Shown: positions 24,224-36,776 of the stretch, one piece after another | How positions within the stretch are numbered: position 1 is the stretch's first letter | Layout: every line of letters starts with the position of its first letter | NCBI GenBank assembly: GCA_964016885.1 | Contig: OZ024743.1 | Location: forward strand, 237,398,001-237,462,000 | From: Eledone cirrhosa | Lineage: Eukaryota | DNA: 64,000 nt | Direction of reading: 5' to 3' | Position numbers and translations under genes: made by a program | The notes under the pieces: model-generated | The model's database searches: none | The model's input: only the letters and a program-made list of their open reading frames with translations | What the model was told of the DNA's origin: nothing

Positions 24224-26417
24224 TGTAGTGACCTACATTCCGCGGGCTCACATACATTCTCTGTGCGTGATTTGGCTCAGCTCAGCCAATCAACGCCAGT
24301 AGAAGAGGATGTATCCCTACGCGTCCTGAGGGAGAAATTTCCCCGCAAAGATTTGAAGAATCTCTCTCTCGCACCAGGAACTTCGAACCAGCAACACGTA
24401 CATGTGACGGTGAGATTTTGCACCTTAGCCTGCCGGCTTTCCGGCACAATGGCACATTCCCTTTTGTAACCTCATTTTATGTGTAACTTCAACCATACAA
24501 GTTAACCAACATTATTTGTGCTACAACAAAAATAAACATACATTTCATCTCTAATTTCTGCTGTTGACATCATTATTATGTTACTCGTGTCTCAATAACA
24601 TTTATACACTATGTTGCTAAAAATGGTGACCCCGACATGATGAATATTTTCAGTTCAAAATATTCCTTTCGAAATAAAATTAAAATTGGCAGTGTATGTA
24701 TAAACAAATTTACGCCACGAGGAAATTTCAAAACGGCTACCACCAAGTACCAGCCATCAGCAGCAACACATGGCTAACTATTAACCAACACCAGGGAACG
24801 GCTTGTAACTTTACCGACGCAACCACCATACCTTCTGTCTCATTACCACAAGGACTCGAGAAATTAAGACATTAGTCTTCTCACCATTATGGCGTCAGAC
24901 GTGGCTGCCATATTGGTGACTCTAGGTTCTTCAACGCTTGACTTCGACTCTACAGAAGATTCATTGTGACTTTGCTTTAACAACAACAACTCTACTAGCT
25001 CCCTAGTAAGAGCGATCCCAAAGAAAAGAAAAGCGAACTTTTTGTTAAAAGAAAAGAAACAATTCTTTCTTTCTTCCTTTTTCTTTTTCAGGCATTTATT
25101 TTGGACATTTTTTTTTTTTAAAACTGTATTATATGGAAATTCATTTTTTTTCTATCATTGTATATATGACTGCATCATTTTCTTTATCATTGTATATATG
25201 ACTGCACCCACACATTTATTTGCTGTTTTACATGCCTGCATATGCACACATTTCTTTGTCACCCACCAACATGTTGTTCTTAGTATATGTTCTTCAAACG
25301 TAATATTCTGCGAGATCCCTTTTCACCTGGTTGAGGTGCCGTCACATGCTAGCGACTCATAGAGCTTAATTCACCTGGATTCAAACAGGCACCGCAACAC
25401 GAGAATACTAATTGCAGCTGAACTCAAACAGTTTCGCATCTCGTTGCACACTCATCGTCCATAACAACCTCCATCTTGTTACCTTACCCAACTCACTGGG
25501 AAAACAACAAATAGAACTGGACTTGTCAGCATTTCCACCACTTCTGTGGATTCGCTCGAATTATGGAATTTACACTGCAACCCACCTACAGATTCAACTT
25601 GCTTTTTTTCTTTTCAAAGCAACCAGCCATTTTTTCCTGGCTCCCTAGCACATTCGGCAATACATCTGGGAGGCCAACATTTTCTCGCCTACCCATCATC
25701 TTCTTGCCAGCACTGGTAAACTACCATAATAGCTTCATTCACAGCTACTGGTACAACACTTACCATTAACATTTAATGCAAGAACGGCAACTTCGCCCAT
25801 GTCAGACTTTATCCGTTTTCTGTTAGACCTTTGGTGGTCACGTATAAACTACAAAACAGCTAGTCATTTGACACAGCGGCTCAACACAGCCCTTAGCGCC
25901 GCATTTTTTTTCTTGCATGCATCCTTCTGCTCAATTATTTTTTCACTGATGTGCTCTTTCAGCATTTGTTCTTGCTGATTCAATAATCTGTATCGACTTC
26001 CGTCTAGAAGGGGAGTATTGTAGTGACCTACATTCCGCGGACTCACATACATTCTCTGTGCGTGATTTGGCTCAGCTCAGCCAATCAACGCCAGTAGAAG
26101 AGGATGTATCCCTACGCGTCCTGAGGGAGAAATTTCCCCGCAAAGATTTGAAGAATCTCTCTCTCGCACCAGGAACTTCGAACCAGCAACATGTACATGT
26201 GACGGTGAGATTTTGCACCTTAGCCTGCCAGCTTTCCGGCGCAATGGCACATTCCCTTTTGTAACCTCATTTTTATGTGTAACTTCAACCATACAAGTTA
26301 ACCAACATTATTTGTGCTACAACAAAAATAAACATACATTTCATCTCTAATTTCTGCTGTTGACATCATTATTTTGTTACTCGTGTCTCAATAACATTTA
26401 TACACCATGCTGCTAAA
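24224..26417 (+). mobile_element. Non-autonomous LTR retroelement (Gypsy-like TRIM/LARD): LTRs 24224-24621 and 26019-26417
   Basis: 398/399-bp LTRs differ by about 7 substitutions and 1 indel; 4-bp TSD ATAT; PBS TGGTGACCCCGACATGAT (24624-24641) complementary to the tRNA-Trp 3' end; PPT agaaggggag at 26006-26015; no gag/pol ORF inside. Confidence 0.92.
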
Positions 26418-26771
26418 ATATATTCTACCATTGCTAGGTATTATAATTATGCGTGTATTTCATCCGTCCGTAATGTACATTATGCTTTATTTACATACAC
26501 ACATCTACATGTAAATACATCTCTCTGCCCATCTACCTATCTATTTACATACCTATATATCTATCTATTTATCCATCCATCTATTCATATATCTACCTAC
26601 ATACCAATATACCTATCTATCTATCTTCATACCTATCTATTTGTCTATTTATCCATCTACTTAATTGTCTAATTTTGATCTGATGCTAACCATAAACAAG
26701 AATCTGTCTGTCTTTGACAGTTTTAATTGTACAAAGGAAAAGTGATGTAATTTTTCATTTGAATTCTTCAG

Positions 26772-26840
26772 ATATTCAGAGAGTCTCGGAAGTCTGGAGA
26801 ATCAGACCAAGTTCTTAATTCTTATGCACAATGGATTGAG
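26772..26840 (+). CDS. DDX11: DDX11 exon I
   Basis: ttcag|ATA...GAG|gtatg; IFRESRKSGESDQVLNSYAQWIE (DDX11 IFxEP..VL..Y...I segment), phase 0/0. Confidence 0.88.
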
Positions 26841-27044
26841 GTATGTAACAAAAAATACATGCATCATCATTATCATTTAACGTTCATTTTTCCATGCTAG
26901 CATGAGTTAGACGAGCTGTCCTGCTGTGAGACAAGTCAGATCAGGTGACTGTGTCTTGTTCATACAGAACTGTTTCAGGCTTGGTTTCTACAGCTTGATG
27001 CCCTTCCTAACGCCAACCATATTTACAATGTGTATATATATAGA

Positions 27045-28380
27045 TACAAACTTTTCTGGGTAGGAAATGATGATGGAGTAGGTGAAACTGAGAAATGGAT
27101 AGATAAGGCGATAGAGGTAGTTATAGTAAATGATAAAATTAAGCTTAGAATTGTTATAGGCAATAGAATGGTGACAACTACATCTGTTTATACACCATAG
27201 GTAAGACTGAGTAAAGAACCGTTTCTATGAGGTACTTTTAAAGATAAGCTTAGTTACTGATGACAGAGACCCCATCATCTTGGCAGGTGACTTCAATGGA
27301 CATGTTGGTAGTAATAGGATGGATTCACTGGAGTACACAGTGGATATGGTTATGGCTCAAGAAATGAAGTGGGAGTGGGGTTCCGAGAATTCTGTGATAT
27401 AAATGATCAAACCCAACTTCAGGAAACCTGCCAGCCATCTAACCACCTACCAATCAGGCAAACATAACAAGCCAAATTGATTTCTTACTTGTCCAAGAAC
27501 GAGAGACAGATGGTTATGAATGTTAAGACTTTTCCCAAAGTCTTGTACTACTCAATACAAGTTAGTTATTAGTAACACCAGAATAAACATGAGGTTCGCA
27601 GGAAAATATGGAGACTAAAATATAGAAGCTAAAGGGTCTATCTGTTGAAAGGCTCAACAGGATACATGACATGGAGGACAATTGGAAGTTTTTACATGAC
27701 AGACTATTGCAAATTACTGGTGAGACTTGGGGCTAGAACAAAGCACCAACCAGATAGAGGGTGACCTGGTGGTGAAACAGCACAGTGGATATAACCATTT
27801 AGGACAAGAGACAGGCAGTGAAAGACTGGAAAATGGGGGTAGCAGTGACCAGTACCAGGTTGCTAAAAGAAAAGCTTAACAAGTATACATAGCACAGAAC
27901 GATACTGAAAGAAGGTTTACCAATGTGATGAGATATGAGGACAAAAGACATGAAGTGTTCCATATTGCAAGGCAGCATGTAAGTGTGAATCAGGATGTTG
28001 TTGGGGAAAAGTGTTATTTGAAGCAAAACCAGTACATTTAGCATCACTGATACTCAAAAGAAAGAGGCCTGAAAATGTTACCATGAAAGGTTGATGACTG
28101 GAAGGATGAGAGACAATCTCCAACTGACCCAACAAAAGGACCAGCTATTGAAATTGATAGATATAGGGTCAAAGACACAAGGAGATGAAGAATAGTAAAG
28201 CCGTCAGAGATAGTTGCTGAGATGTTAAAAACATCAGGAGTAGTAGGAGCTGAACTAGTCACCCACGTAATACAGGCTAAAGTCATACTAATGACTAGTG
28301 CAGCTGTATAATTATAAATTGCTACAAGAGTAAAGGTGATGCCCTAGAAAGGAGAACTATAGAGGAATATAACTGATGGG
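27045..28380 (+). mobile_element. Old, heavily decayed RTE LINE (APE and linker)
   Basis: Remnants LFWVGNDDGVG, ILAGDFNGHVG, SQIDFLL, VTWW, CYKSKGDAL with many stops. Confidence 0.8.
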
Positions 28381-28439
28381 GAAAATAATCTTAAAATGCT
28401 TGTTTTAGTATAAATATATACCTGTTAGATACAGCTGTG

Positions 28440-28765
28440 TGAAGGCATATGGCTTAGTGGTTAGAACATTGGTCTTGCAATCGTGAGGTTGTGAGTTTGA
28501 TTCTCAGACTAGGGGTTGTGTTATGTCCTTGAGCAAGACACCTTATTTCACGTTGCTCTAGTTTACTCAGCTGTAGAGTTGTGACATCACTGGTGCCAAG
28601 CTGTATCGGCCATAGCCTTTCCCTTGAACATCATCAGTGATGTGGGAGGGGGACTGGTATGGACGACTGCTGGTCTTCCACAAATACACCTTGCACTTTG
28701 AAGGAGAACTTTCTAGGTGTAAATCTCATTGTCATTCATGACAGAAGGGGTTCTTTACCCTTTAC
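28440..28765 (+). mobile_element. tRNA-headed SINE related to family B but with a different tail
   Basis: tggcttagtggttaga A-box, gagtttgattc B-box, ccttgagcaagaca core, ctttaccctttac tail. Confidence 0.65.
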
Positions 28766-28818
28766 AGCTGTGCTGGTCATCATCTCATATAACAAATGGT
28801 TTTTTACTCTAATTCCAG

Positions 28819-28922
28819 AAGTGCAAATATCATGAAGATTCCAAGGTTACCGGTGCCATTTTGTTTAGTGTTGTTGGTGGTAAAATGAGTGAAGGAATCA
28901 ATTTTTCTGATGATCTTGGAAG
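28819..28922 (+). CDS. DDX11: DDX11 exon J (motif V)
   Basis: tccag|AAG...AG|gtaat; [25 protein letters not shown]. Confidence 0.96.
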
Positions 28923-29105
28923 GTAATGTTATAGATTTGTCACCTTTACCACAAAAATTCATTAGACTAGAGAATATCACCATTTCCTCTCACTTATAGC
29001 ATTCCTTCGTCATCTCCTCTCTGAGGTTCAGAATTTTGAGATAAGCATTCATCACATCTGCTCATGTCTTCTACTGCAATTTCCTTCCTGGGTGACTTTA
29101 GTCAA

Positions 29106-30418
29106 GACCACTTTACAGTGTAGACTGGGTATTTATTTTCATGTCACCTACATGACCACTTTACAGTGTGGACTGGGTATTTATTGTCATGTCACCTACA
29201 TGACCACTTTACAGTGTAGACTGGGTATTTATTGTCATGTCACCTACATGACCACTTTACAGTGTGGACTGGGTATTTATTGTCATGTCACCTACATGAC
29301 CACTTTACAGTGTGGACTGGGTATTTATTGTCATGTCACCTACATGACCACATTACAGTGTGGACTGGGTATTTATTGTCATGACACCTACATGACCACT
29401 TTACAGTGTAGACTGGGTATTTATTGTCATGACACCTACATGACCACTTTACAGTGTGGACTGGGTATTTATTGTCATGACACCTACATGACCACTTTAC
29501 AGTGTGGACTGGGTATTTATTGTCATGACACTTACATGACCATTTTACAGTGTGGACTGGGTATTTATTGCCATGACACCTACATGACCACTTTACAGTG
29601 TGAACTGGGTATTTATTGTCATGACACCTACATGACCACTTTACAGTGTAGACTGGGTATTTATTGTCATGACACCTACATGACCACTTTACAGTGTGGA
29701 CTGGGTATTTATTGTCATGACACCTACATGACCACTTTACAGTGTGGACTGGGTATTTATTGTCATGACACCTACATGACCATTTTACAGTGTGGACTGG
29801 GTATTTATTGCCATGACACCTACATGACCACTTTACAGTGTGGACTGGGTATTTATTGTCATGTCACCTCCATGACCACTTTACAGTGTGGACTGGGTAT
29901 TTATTGTCATGTCACCTACATGACCACTTTACAGTGTGGACTGGGTATTTATTGTCATGACACCTACATGACCACTTTACAGTGTGGACTGGGTATTTAT
30001 TGTCATGACACCTACATGACCACTTTACAGTGTGGACTAGGTATTTATTGCCATGACACCTACATGACCACTTTCCAGTGTGGACTGGGTATTTATTGTC
30101 ATGACACCTACATGACCACTTTACAGTGTGGACTGGGTATTTATTGTCATGACACCTACATGACCACTTTACAGTGTGGACTGGGTATTTATTGTCATGA
30201 CACCTACATGACCACTTTACAGTGTGGACTGGGTATTTATTGTCATGACACCTACATGACCACTTTACAGTGTGGACTGGGTATTTATTGTCATGACACC
30301 TACATGACCACATTACAGTGTGGACTGGGTATTTATTGTCATGACACCTACATCACCACATTACAGTGTGGGCTGGGTATTTATTGTCATGACACCTACA
30401 TGACCACTTTACAGTGTA
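29106..30418. repeat. 48-bp minisatellite, about 27 units
   Basis: Unit catgaccactttacagtgtggactgggtatttattgtcatgacaccta; translates as the 16-aa repeat in ORF 29092-30606. Confidence 0.97.
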
Positions 30419-30585
30419 GGCCGGGGACTGGGGTGGCGGGTGTAAAGGGTGGGGTGATATTAGATGTGTTTAGTCAGGTATTCATAATGTACTATATACT
30501 ACACTACATACTAATATATTGTACTATATACTATACTACATTATACATACTGTACTATATACTATACTACATTATACATACTAAC

Positions 30586-31210
30586 ATCATCATCATCATC
30601 GTTTAACGTCTATCTTCCACGCTAGTATGGGTTTAGACAGGAATTGTCCTACTTGAGGCAAGATTGGTCGGGTGACCGTGTCTCGCTCGTATAAGACTAT
30701 CTGGCAGGTTTTCTACAGCTGGATGCCCTTCCTAACACCAACCACATTTACAGTGTGGACTGTGTGTTTTTTTTGTCGTGACACCTACACGATCTCATTT
30801 ATTTACGACTGGATGTTGTGGTACCAACATAACTTTACAGAGAAAGGGGTGGTGTTGGTGGGAGTGGGAGGATAGGGTAGGGGTAGCGGGTTGGGGTATA
30901 TATTTGATTGTGCCTACTGACTGTAGGTTTCACTTTGTATGGCGGGTCTTCTGTATTACTGCGTGGCGCCAAAGATCTCGGTCCAGTGACATTGTCTTAG
31001 AGAGGTGCAAGTGTGTAAGGTCAGAATTTATCAAATCGTCCCAGGTTTTTCTGGGTCTACCTACTCCGTAATTTCCATCAACTTTGATCACCCTGCACTA
31101 TTTTATACAGCTGTCATCTTTCATACGCATCACGTGACCATACTAACGTAGTCTTCTCTCAAGTAAACAGCATCTGATCCCTCTTATTCCTAATTTATCA
31201 CTTAGTTCCA
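30586..31210 (-). mobile_element. RTE LINE 3' fragment inserted in the TATAC array
   Basis: (CAT)n tail; homologous to 55118-55790. Confidence 0.85.
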
Positions 31211-31212
31211 CA

Positions 31213-31752
31213 TACTGTACTATATACGGTACTATATTATATGTACTAACATACTGTACTATATACTATACTACATACTAACATACTGTACTATATACTA
31301 TACTACATACTAATATATTGTACTATATACTATACTACATTATACATACTGTACTGTAAACTATATTACATACTAATATATAGTACTATATACTATACTA
31401 CATACTAATATATAGTACTATATACTATACTACATACTAATATATAGTACTATATACTATACTACATACAAATATATTATACTACATACTAATATATAGT
31501 ACTATATACTATACTACAAACTAATATATAGTACTATATACTATACTACATAGTAATATATAGTACTATATACTATACTACATACTAATATATTGTACTA
31601 TATACTATACTACATACTAATATATAGTACTATATACTATAGTACAAACTAATATATTGTACTATATACTATACTACATACTAATATATAGTACTATATA
31701 CTATAGTACAAACTAATATATTGTACTATATACTATACTACATACTAACATA
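31213..31752. repeat. 32-bp AT-rich minisatellite catactaatatatagtactatatactatacta
   Basis: Direct reading; the same motif begins at 30488-30585 before the RTE insertion. Confidence 0.9.
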
Positions 31753-31794
31753 TTGATGTGTTTAGTCAGGTATTCATAGTGAATGTTTCCACAG

Positions 31795-31879
31795 GTGTGT
31801 CATGTTGATAGGGATGCCGTATCCCAATATAAACTCACCTGAACTGAAGGAAAAAATGGATTACCTTAATGTCAATTAT
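31795..31879 (+). CDS. DDX11: DDX11 exon K
   Basis: cacag|G...TAT|gtagg; CVMLIGMPYPNINSPELKEKMDYLNVNY. Confidence 0.95.
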
Positions 31880-31914
31880 GTAGGTATATTGTTGAGTTTT
31901 CTTTCTGTTTCATT

Positions 31915-32755
31915 GTGCTGAGTGGTGTGTGTGTTGAGTGGTGTGTGTTGTGTGGTGTGTGTGTGTTGAGTGGTAGGTTTGTGTGTTGAGGGGTGTATAT
32001 GAGTGTTGAGTGGTGGGTATGTTTGTTGAGTGGTGTGTTGTGTGTTGAGTGGTGTGTGTGTGTGTTGTGTGGTGTGTGTGTGTTGAGTGGTGTGTGTGTT
32101 GAGGGGTGTATATGAGTGTTGAGTGGTGGGTATGTGTGTTGAGTGGTGTGTGTGTGTGTTGAGTGGTGGGTGTGTGTGTGTTGAGTGGTGGGTATGTGTG
32201 TTGAGTGGTGGGTATATGTGTATTGAGTGGTGTATGGTGTGTATGTGTGTGTTGAGTGGTGTGTATGAGTGTTGAGTGGTGGGTGTGTGTGTTGAGTGGT
32301 GGGTATGTGTGTTGAGTGGTGTGTGTGTGTTGAGTGGTGGGTATGTGTGTTGAGTGGTGTGTGTGTGTTGAGTGGTGGGTATGTGTGTTGAGTGGTGTGT
32401 GTGTGTTGAGTGGTGGGTGTGTGTGTGTTGAGTGGTCGATATGTGTGTTGAGTGGTGGGTATGTGTGTATTGAGTGGTGTGTGGTGTGTATGTGTGTGTT
32501 GAGTGGTGTGTATGAGTGTTGAGTGGTTGGTGTGTGTGTTGAGTGTTGGGTATGTGTGTTGAGTGGTGTGTGTGTGTTAAGTGGTGTATATGAGTGTTGT
32601 GTGTTGAGTGGTGTGTGTGTGTGTTGAGTGGTGGGTATGTGTATTGAGTGGTGTGCGTGTGTGTTGAGTGGTGTGTATGTGTGTGTTGAGTGGTGGGTAT
32701 GTGTTGAGTGGTGTGTGTGTGTTGAGTGGTATGTGTGTGTTGAGTGGTGTGTATG
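31915..32755. repeat. Degenerate (GTGTGTTGAGTG)-type repeat
   Basis: Direct reading. Confidence 0.9.
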
Positions 32756-33544
32756 TAATGTAATGAAGAGAAAGGGGATGTGTGAAGGGGCTGACAGCCT
32801 GTCTAGGGCCGATGAAACAATAAAATAGATCAATAAATTGCAATTGGTTGCACTCTTTGATCAATTGATATTGAGAAATAGTAAAATAGTTTTCTCTGTT
32901 TTAAACATCCTCATTGTATCTCAGATGATGATAGACTGTGGGAAGATGCTGTGCTGACTCACTCCATACCAACATGGAAACATGACTGTGAAACAGTGAT
33001 ATGATATATATCATCATCATCATCATCATCATGTAGCATCCAGTTTCCAACATAGCATGGGTTAGATAGGTTGTCACATTTGAGAACTGTTTCTGGTTTG
33101 GTTTCTACAGTTGGATGCCCTTCCTTACACCAATCACATTTACAGTGTGGACTGGGTGCTTTTTGTTGGGACATGATGTCATGACAAAAAGTACCCAGTC
33201 CACACTGTAAAGTGGTTGTGTAGATGTCACAACAAAAGCACCCAGTACTCACTGTGAGGTTGGTGTTAGGAAGGGCATCCAGCTGTAGAAATCAAGCCAA
33301 AATCAGTTCTGTATGAGCAAGACATGGTCACCCAACCTACCATTGCCCACAACAGGTCAACTCGTCTAACCCATGCTAGCATGGAAAAATGGACATAAAA
33401 TGGTGATGATGATGAGAAATTACAGTGTATTAGTGATGTGTGTATGTACCTGTCTATGTGTAATGGGTCATTTCTATTTGTGGATATGCAATGACTGTAT
33501 GTGTATGTACACTATAAACAATATGTCTCACCTTCTCCTATCAG

Positions 33545-33623
33545 CCAAACGGCTCTGATGGTAAAACTGCTGGTCAAACACATTATGAAAACCTCTGTAT
33601 GAAGGCTGTCAACCAATCTATAG
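33545..33623 (+). CDS. DDX11: DDX11 exon L (start of motif VI)
   Basis: atcag|CCA...ATA G|gtaag; GQTHYENLCMKAVNQSIG. Confidence 0.96.
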
Positions 33624-33679
33624 GTAAGATATATATTTTTATTTATACTTTTACTGTTGGTTTATTGGTTTTAGTCAGA

Positions 33680-34075
33680 CTTCAGCCATACTAGGGCACA
33701 CCTTAAAGGTATCAGCCATACTAGGACACATCTTGAAGGTATCAGCCATACTAGGGCACATCTTGAAGGTATCAGCCATACTAGGGCACATCTTGAAGGT
33801 ATCAGCCATACTAGGGCACACCTTGAAGGTATCAGCCATACTAGGGCACACCTTGAAGGTATCAGCCATACTAGGGCACACCTTGAGGGGACTTAGTCAT
33901 TAGACTTCAGCCATATTAGGGCACACCTTGAAGGGACTTAGTCATTAGAAATTTGCTATACTAGGGCACATCTTGAAGGTTTCAGTCATTAAACTACTTC
34001 AGCCATACTAGAGTACCACTTTGAAGGGACTCAGTCATTAGACATCAGCCATATTAGGGCACCACCTTGAAGGGA
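33680..34075. repeat. 30-bp minisatellite tcagccatactagggcacaccttgaaggta, followed by longer degenerate units
   Basis: Direct reading; seen as the CPSMADTFK repeat in the minus ORF. Confidence 0.9.
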
Positions 34076-34270
34076 CTTTGTTAATCATATCAACCCTAGT
34101 GTCTTTCGAAGTCTGCTTCTTATTTATCAATCCTTTTTTGTCAAGGGAGTTATGGTAGGAGGGGATTTTAAGGGCTCTCCAAATCTTGGGAGAGATCTAG
34201 AGATCAAGCTGGTCAGCTATTTGCAGCTGATGACCATTCATACAGGTATACATATATCATCACCGTTTAA

Positions 34271-36185
34271 CCCTTTAGCATTTACATTAGGCACATGGCT
34301 TAGTGGTTAGAGCATTGGCCTTGCAGTCAAAAGGTTGTGAGTTCAATTCTCAGACTGGGTGATGTGTTGTTTCCTTGAGCAAGACACTTTATTTCACATT
34401 GCTCCAGTTTACTCAGCTGTAGAAATGAGATAATAGGGACTGGTTTCCATATCATTCCACTGCAAAGTGGTCGTGGAGGTGCCACGGCAAAAAAGCACCC
34501 AGCACTCACTGTTTTTTTACCTGTAAATGAGGTTGGTGTTAGGAAGGGCATCCAGCTGTAGAAATCAAGCCAGAATCAGTTCCCGTCCCACCCTTGCAAG
34601 CAGGGAAAAGCGGACGTAAAATGATGATGATGATGATGATTACTATTGTATTTTCGTGGTAAAGGCTTTACCTCACATAAGATAGAATGTATGAGACATT
34701 AATATAATTTATTTTGAGAACATCATCATTTTACATCCGCTTTTCCCTGCTTGCAAGGGTGGGACGGGTCTTATTCAGCACAGCATCTCTCCATTGTCAC
34801 GGTCCTTCGTCATCTCCACCGTGAGCTTCAGCAATCTGAGGTCTATTCTCACCACCTCCACCCATGTTTTTTGTGGTCTACCTCTACCACGTCTTCCTTC
34901 ATCTGGCATTTCCTGGCACTTCTTCACCCATTGGTCATCCTCCATGCGCATCACATGTCCATACCACTGCAGTCTCCTCTTTCACACACTACATTCTATC
35001 CCTCTCAGACACAGTTTCTCTCTCAACACATCCATGCTGGGTCGTTCACACACATTGACATTGCACATCCAACGGAGCATGCTTGCCTCATTTCTCTCCA
35101 GCCGTCGCATATCCTCTGCAGTCACTGCTCAAGTCTCACTACCATGCAGCATCGCGCTCCTCACACAGGCATCATATAACCGGCCTTTCGTATGCAGGGA
35201 GAAACCCTTCTTCGTCAGCAGATGAAGCAGCTCCCTAAACTTCTTCCAACCCGTCCTTATTCTAGATAATATGGCCTCGGAACACCCCCTCCCATGCTAA
35301 TCTGATCTCCTAGGTACCGGAAGCTATCCACCACTTCTATAGCACCCGCCTGCATTTGAAAAATGTGTCTATCAATGCGACTTCTACTGTCTAATTTCCC
35401 TGTACATCTACTGCATACGTATTTCTCCCTACCTGTTAGTTTGTCTGCTATCCCACTGCATCTCTTGTGTACCCATGATCTGCATTGTGTGCATTTTATA
35501 GAATTTATGCCAGTTCCTTTTCTGCATATCGAACATGGCCATTTATTTCCCTGACGGAATCAGAGTTTTGTCCTCTTTTCTACTCGTCAACACTTTTGTC
35601 TTAGCTAGGTTCACTCTCAGTCCTCTTGCTTCCAACTGCTGTTTCCATAGCCAGAATTTATTCTCTAGCTCCTCTACTGTTTCTGCTATAAGAACCAGAT
35701 CGTCAGCATAGAGAAGATCCCATGGACAGCCAGTCTTAAACTCCTCTGTTATGGCTTGGAGGACTATAATGAACAAGAGCGAGCTGAGGACCGAACCTTG
35801 ATGTACTCCTGGAATTCCTCACCAAACTCCATTCCTACCCTGGCTTTACTGACAGCACCTCTGTACAAAGTTTGCACTGTCCTCACAAGCCATTCCTCAA
35901 CACCTAGTTTCCTTAGGGACCACCAGATGACAGATCGGGGTACCCTATTAAAGGCCTTCTCTAGGTCAACAAAGGCTAAGTATAGTGGCTTATTCTTCTC
36001 TAAGAACCTCTCGTAATTGTCTCACCAAGAAGAGGGCATCTGTTGTACTTTTTCCAGGCACAAAACCAAACTGCATCTCATCTAGTTTGACTCTTAATAT
36101 TGGATGAGCAGCTGGTTACAGCTGGTTTGAACAGAAAGATGTGAGAGAATTCCGGCCGGATACGGCCGGTTTAAATGCTAAAGGG
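34271..36185 (+). mobile_element. piggyBac-type MITE split by SINE B (34290-34640) and an RTE fragment (34721-36093)
   Basis: TTAA|CCCTTTAGCATTTA ... TAAATGCTAAAGGG|TTAA; internal pieces match the intact copies at 39539 and 39979. Confidence 0.85.
34721..36093 (-). mobile_element. 5'-truncated RTE LINE fragment
   Basis: LLYADDL, GLRVNLAKTK, WPCSICRKG..C..C..WVHKRC. Confidence 0.9.
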
Positions 36186-36379
36186 TTAAAGTCCATTTTT
36201 CCTTGTTTGCATGGGTCAGACAGGTTGTCCACGTTGAGAGACAAGTCTGGCCAGAATTGGCCATGCAGTACCTTGCTCCGACTGGACTGTAAATTTGGCC
36301 AGGGTTTTTACAGCTGGATGCCCTTCCTAACATCAACCACATTTACAGTGTGGGACATATATATATATGTATATATATA

Positions 36380-36758
36380 GTAGGCACCTCTTAACAAAAT
36401 ATACACCCCAACACACTACCCCTACTCCACCCTCCCACTCCCACCAACACCACCCATTTCTCTGTAAAGTTATGTTGGTACCACAACATTCAGTCCAAAC
36501 TAATGAGGTTGTGTAGGTGTCACTACAAAAAAACACAGTCCATGCTGTAATGTGGTCGTGTAGGTAACACGGTAAAAACCTCCTACTCCACACTGTAAAC
36601 GTGGTTGGTGTTAGGAAGGGTATCCAGCCGTAGAAAACCTGCCAGATAGTCCTATACGAGCAAGACACGGTCACCCAACCAATCTTGCCTCAAGTGGGAC
36701 AACTCCAGTCTAACCCATGCTAGCGTGGAAGATAGACATTAAATGATGATGATGATGA
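36380..36758 (+). mobile_element. RTE 3' UTR fragment with (GAT)n tail
   Basis: Matches 49220-49587. Confidence 0.75.
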
Positions 36759-36776
36759 TATATATATATATCATGG

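Noticed and set aside
24263-24469. 68-aa ORF duplicated at 26058-26264 as a gene pair
   Set aside because: Lies within the two LTRs, non-ATG start, no recognisable motif
29092-30606. 504-aa Cys/His repeat protein gene
   Set aside because: Frame is open only because the 48-bp unit lacks a stop; intronic, LINE-tail derived, non-ATG start
31910-32833. 307-aa His/Thr-rich ORF
   Set aside because: Low-complexity repeat translation
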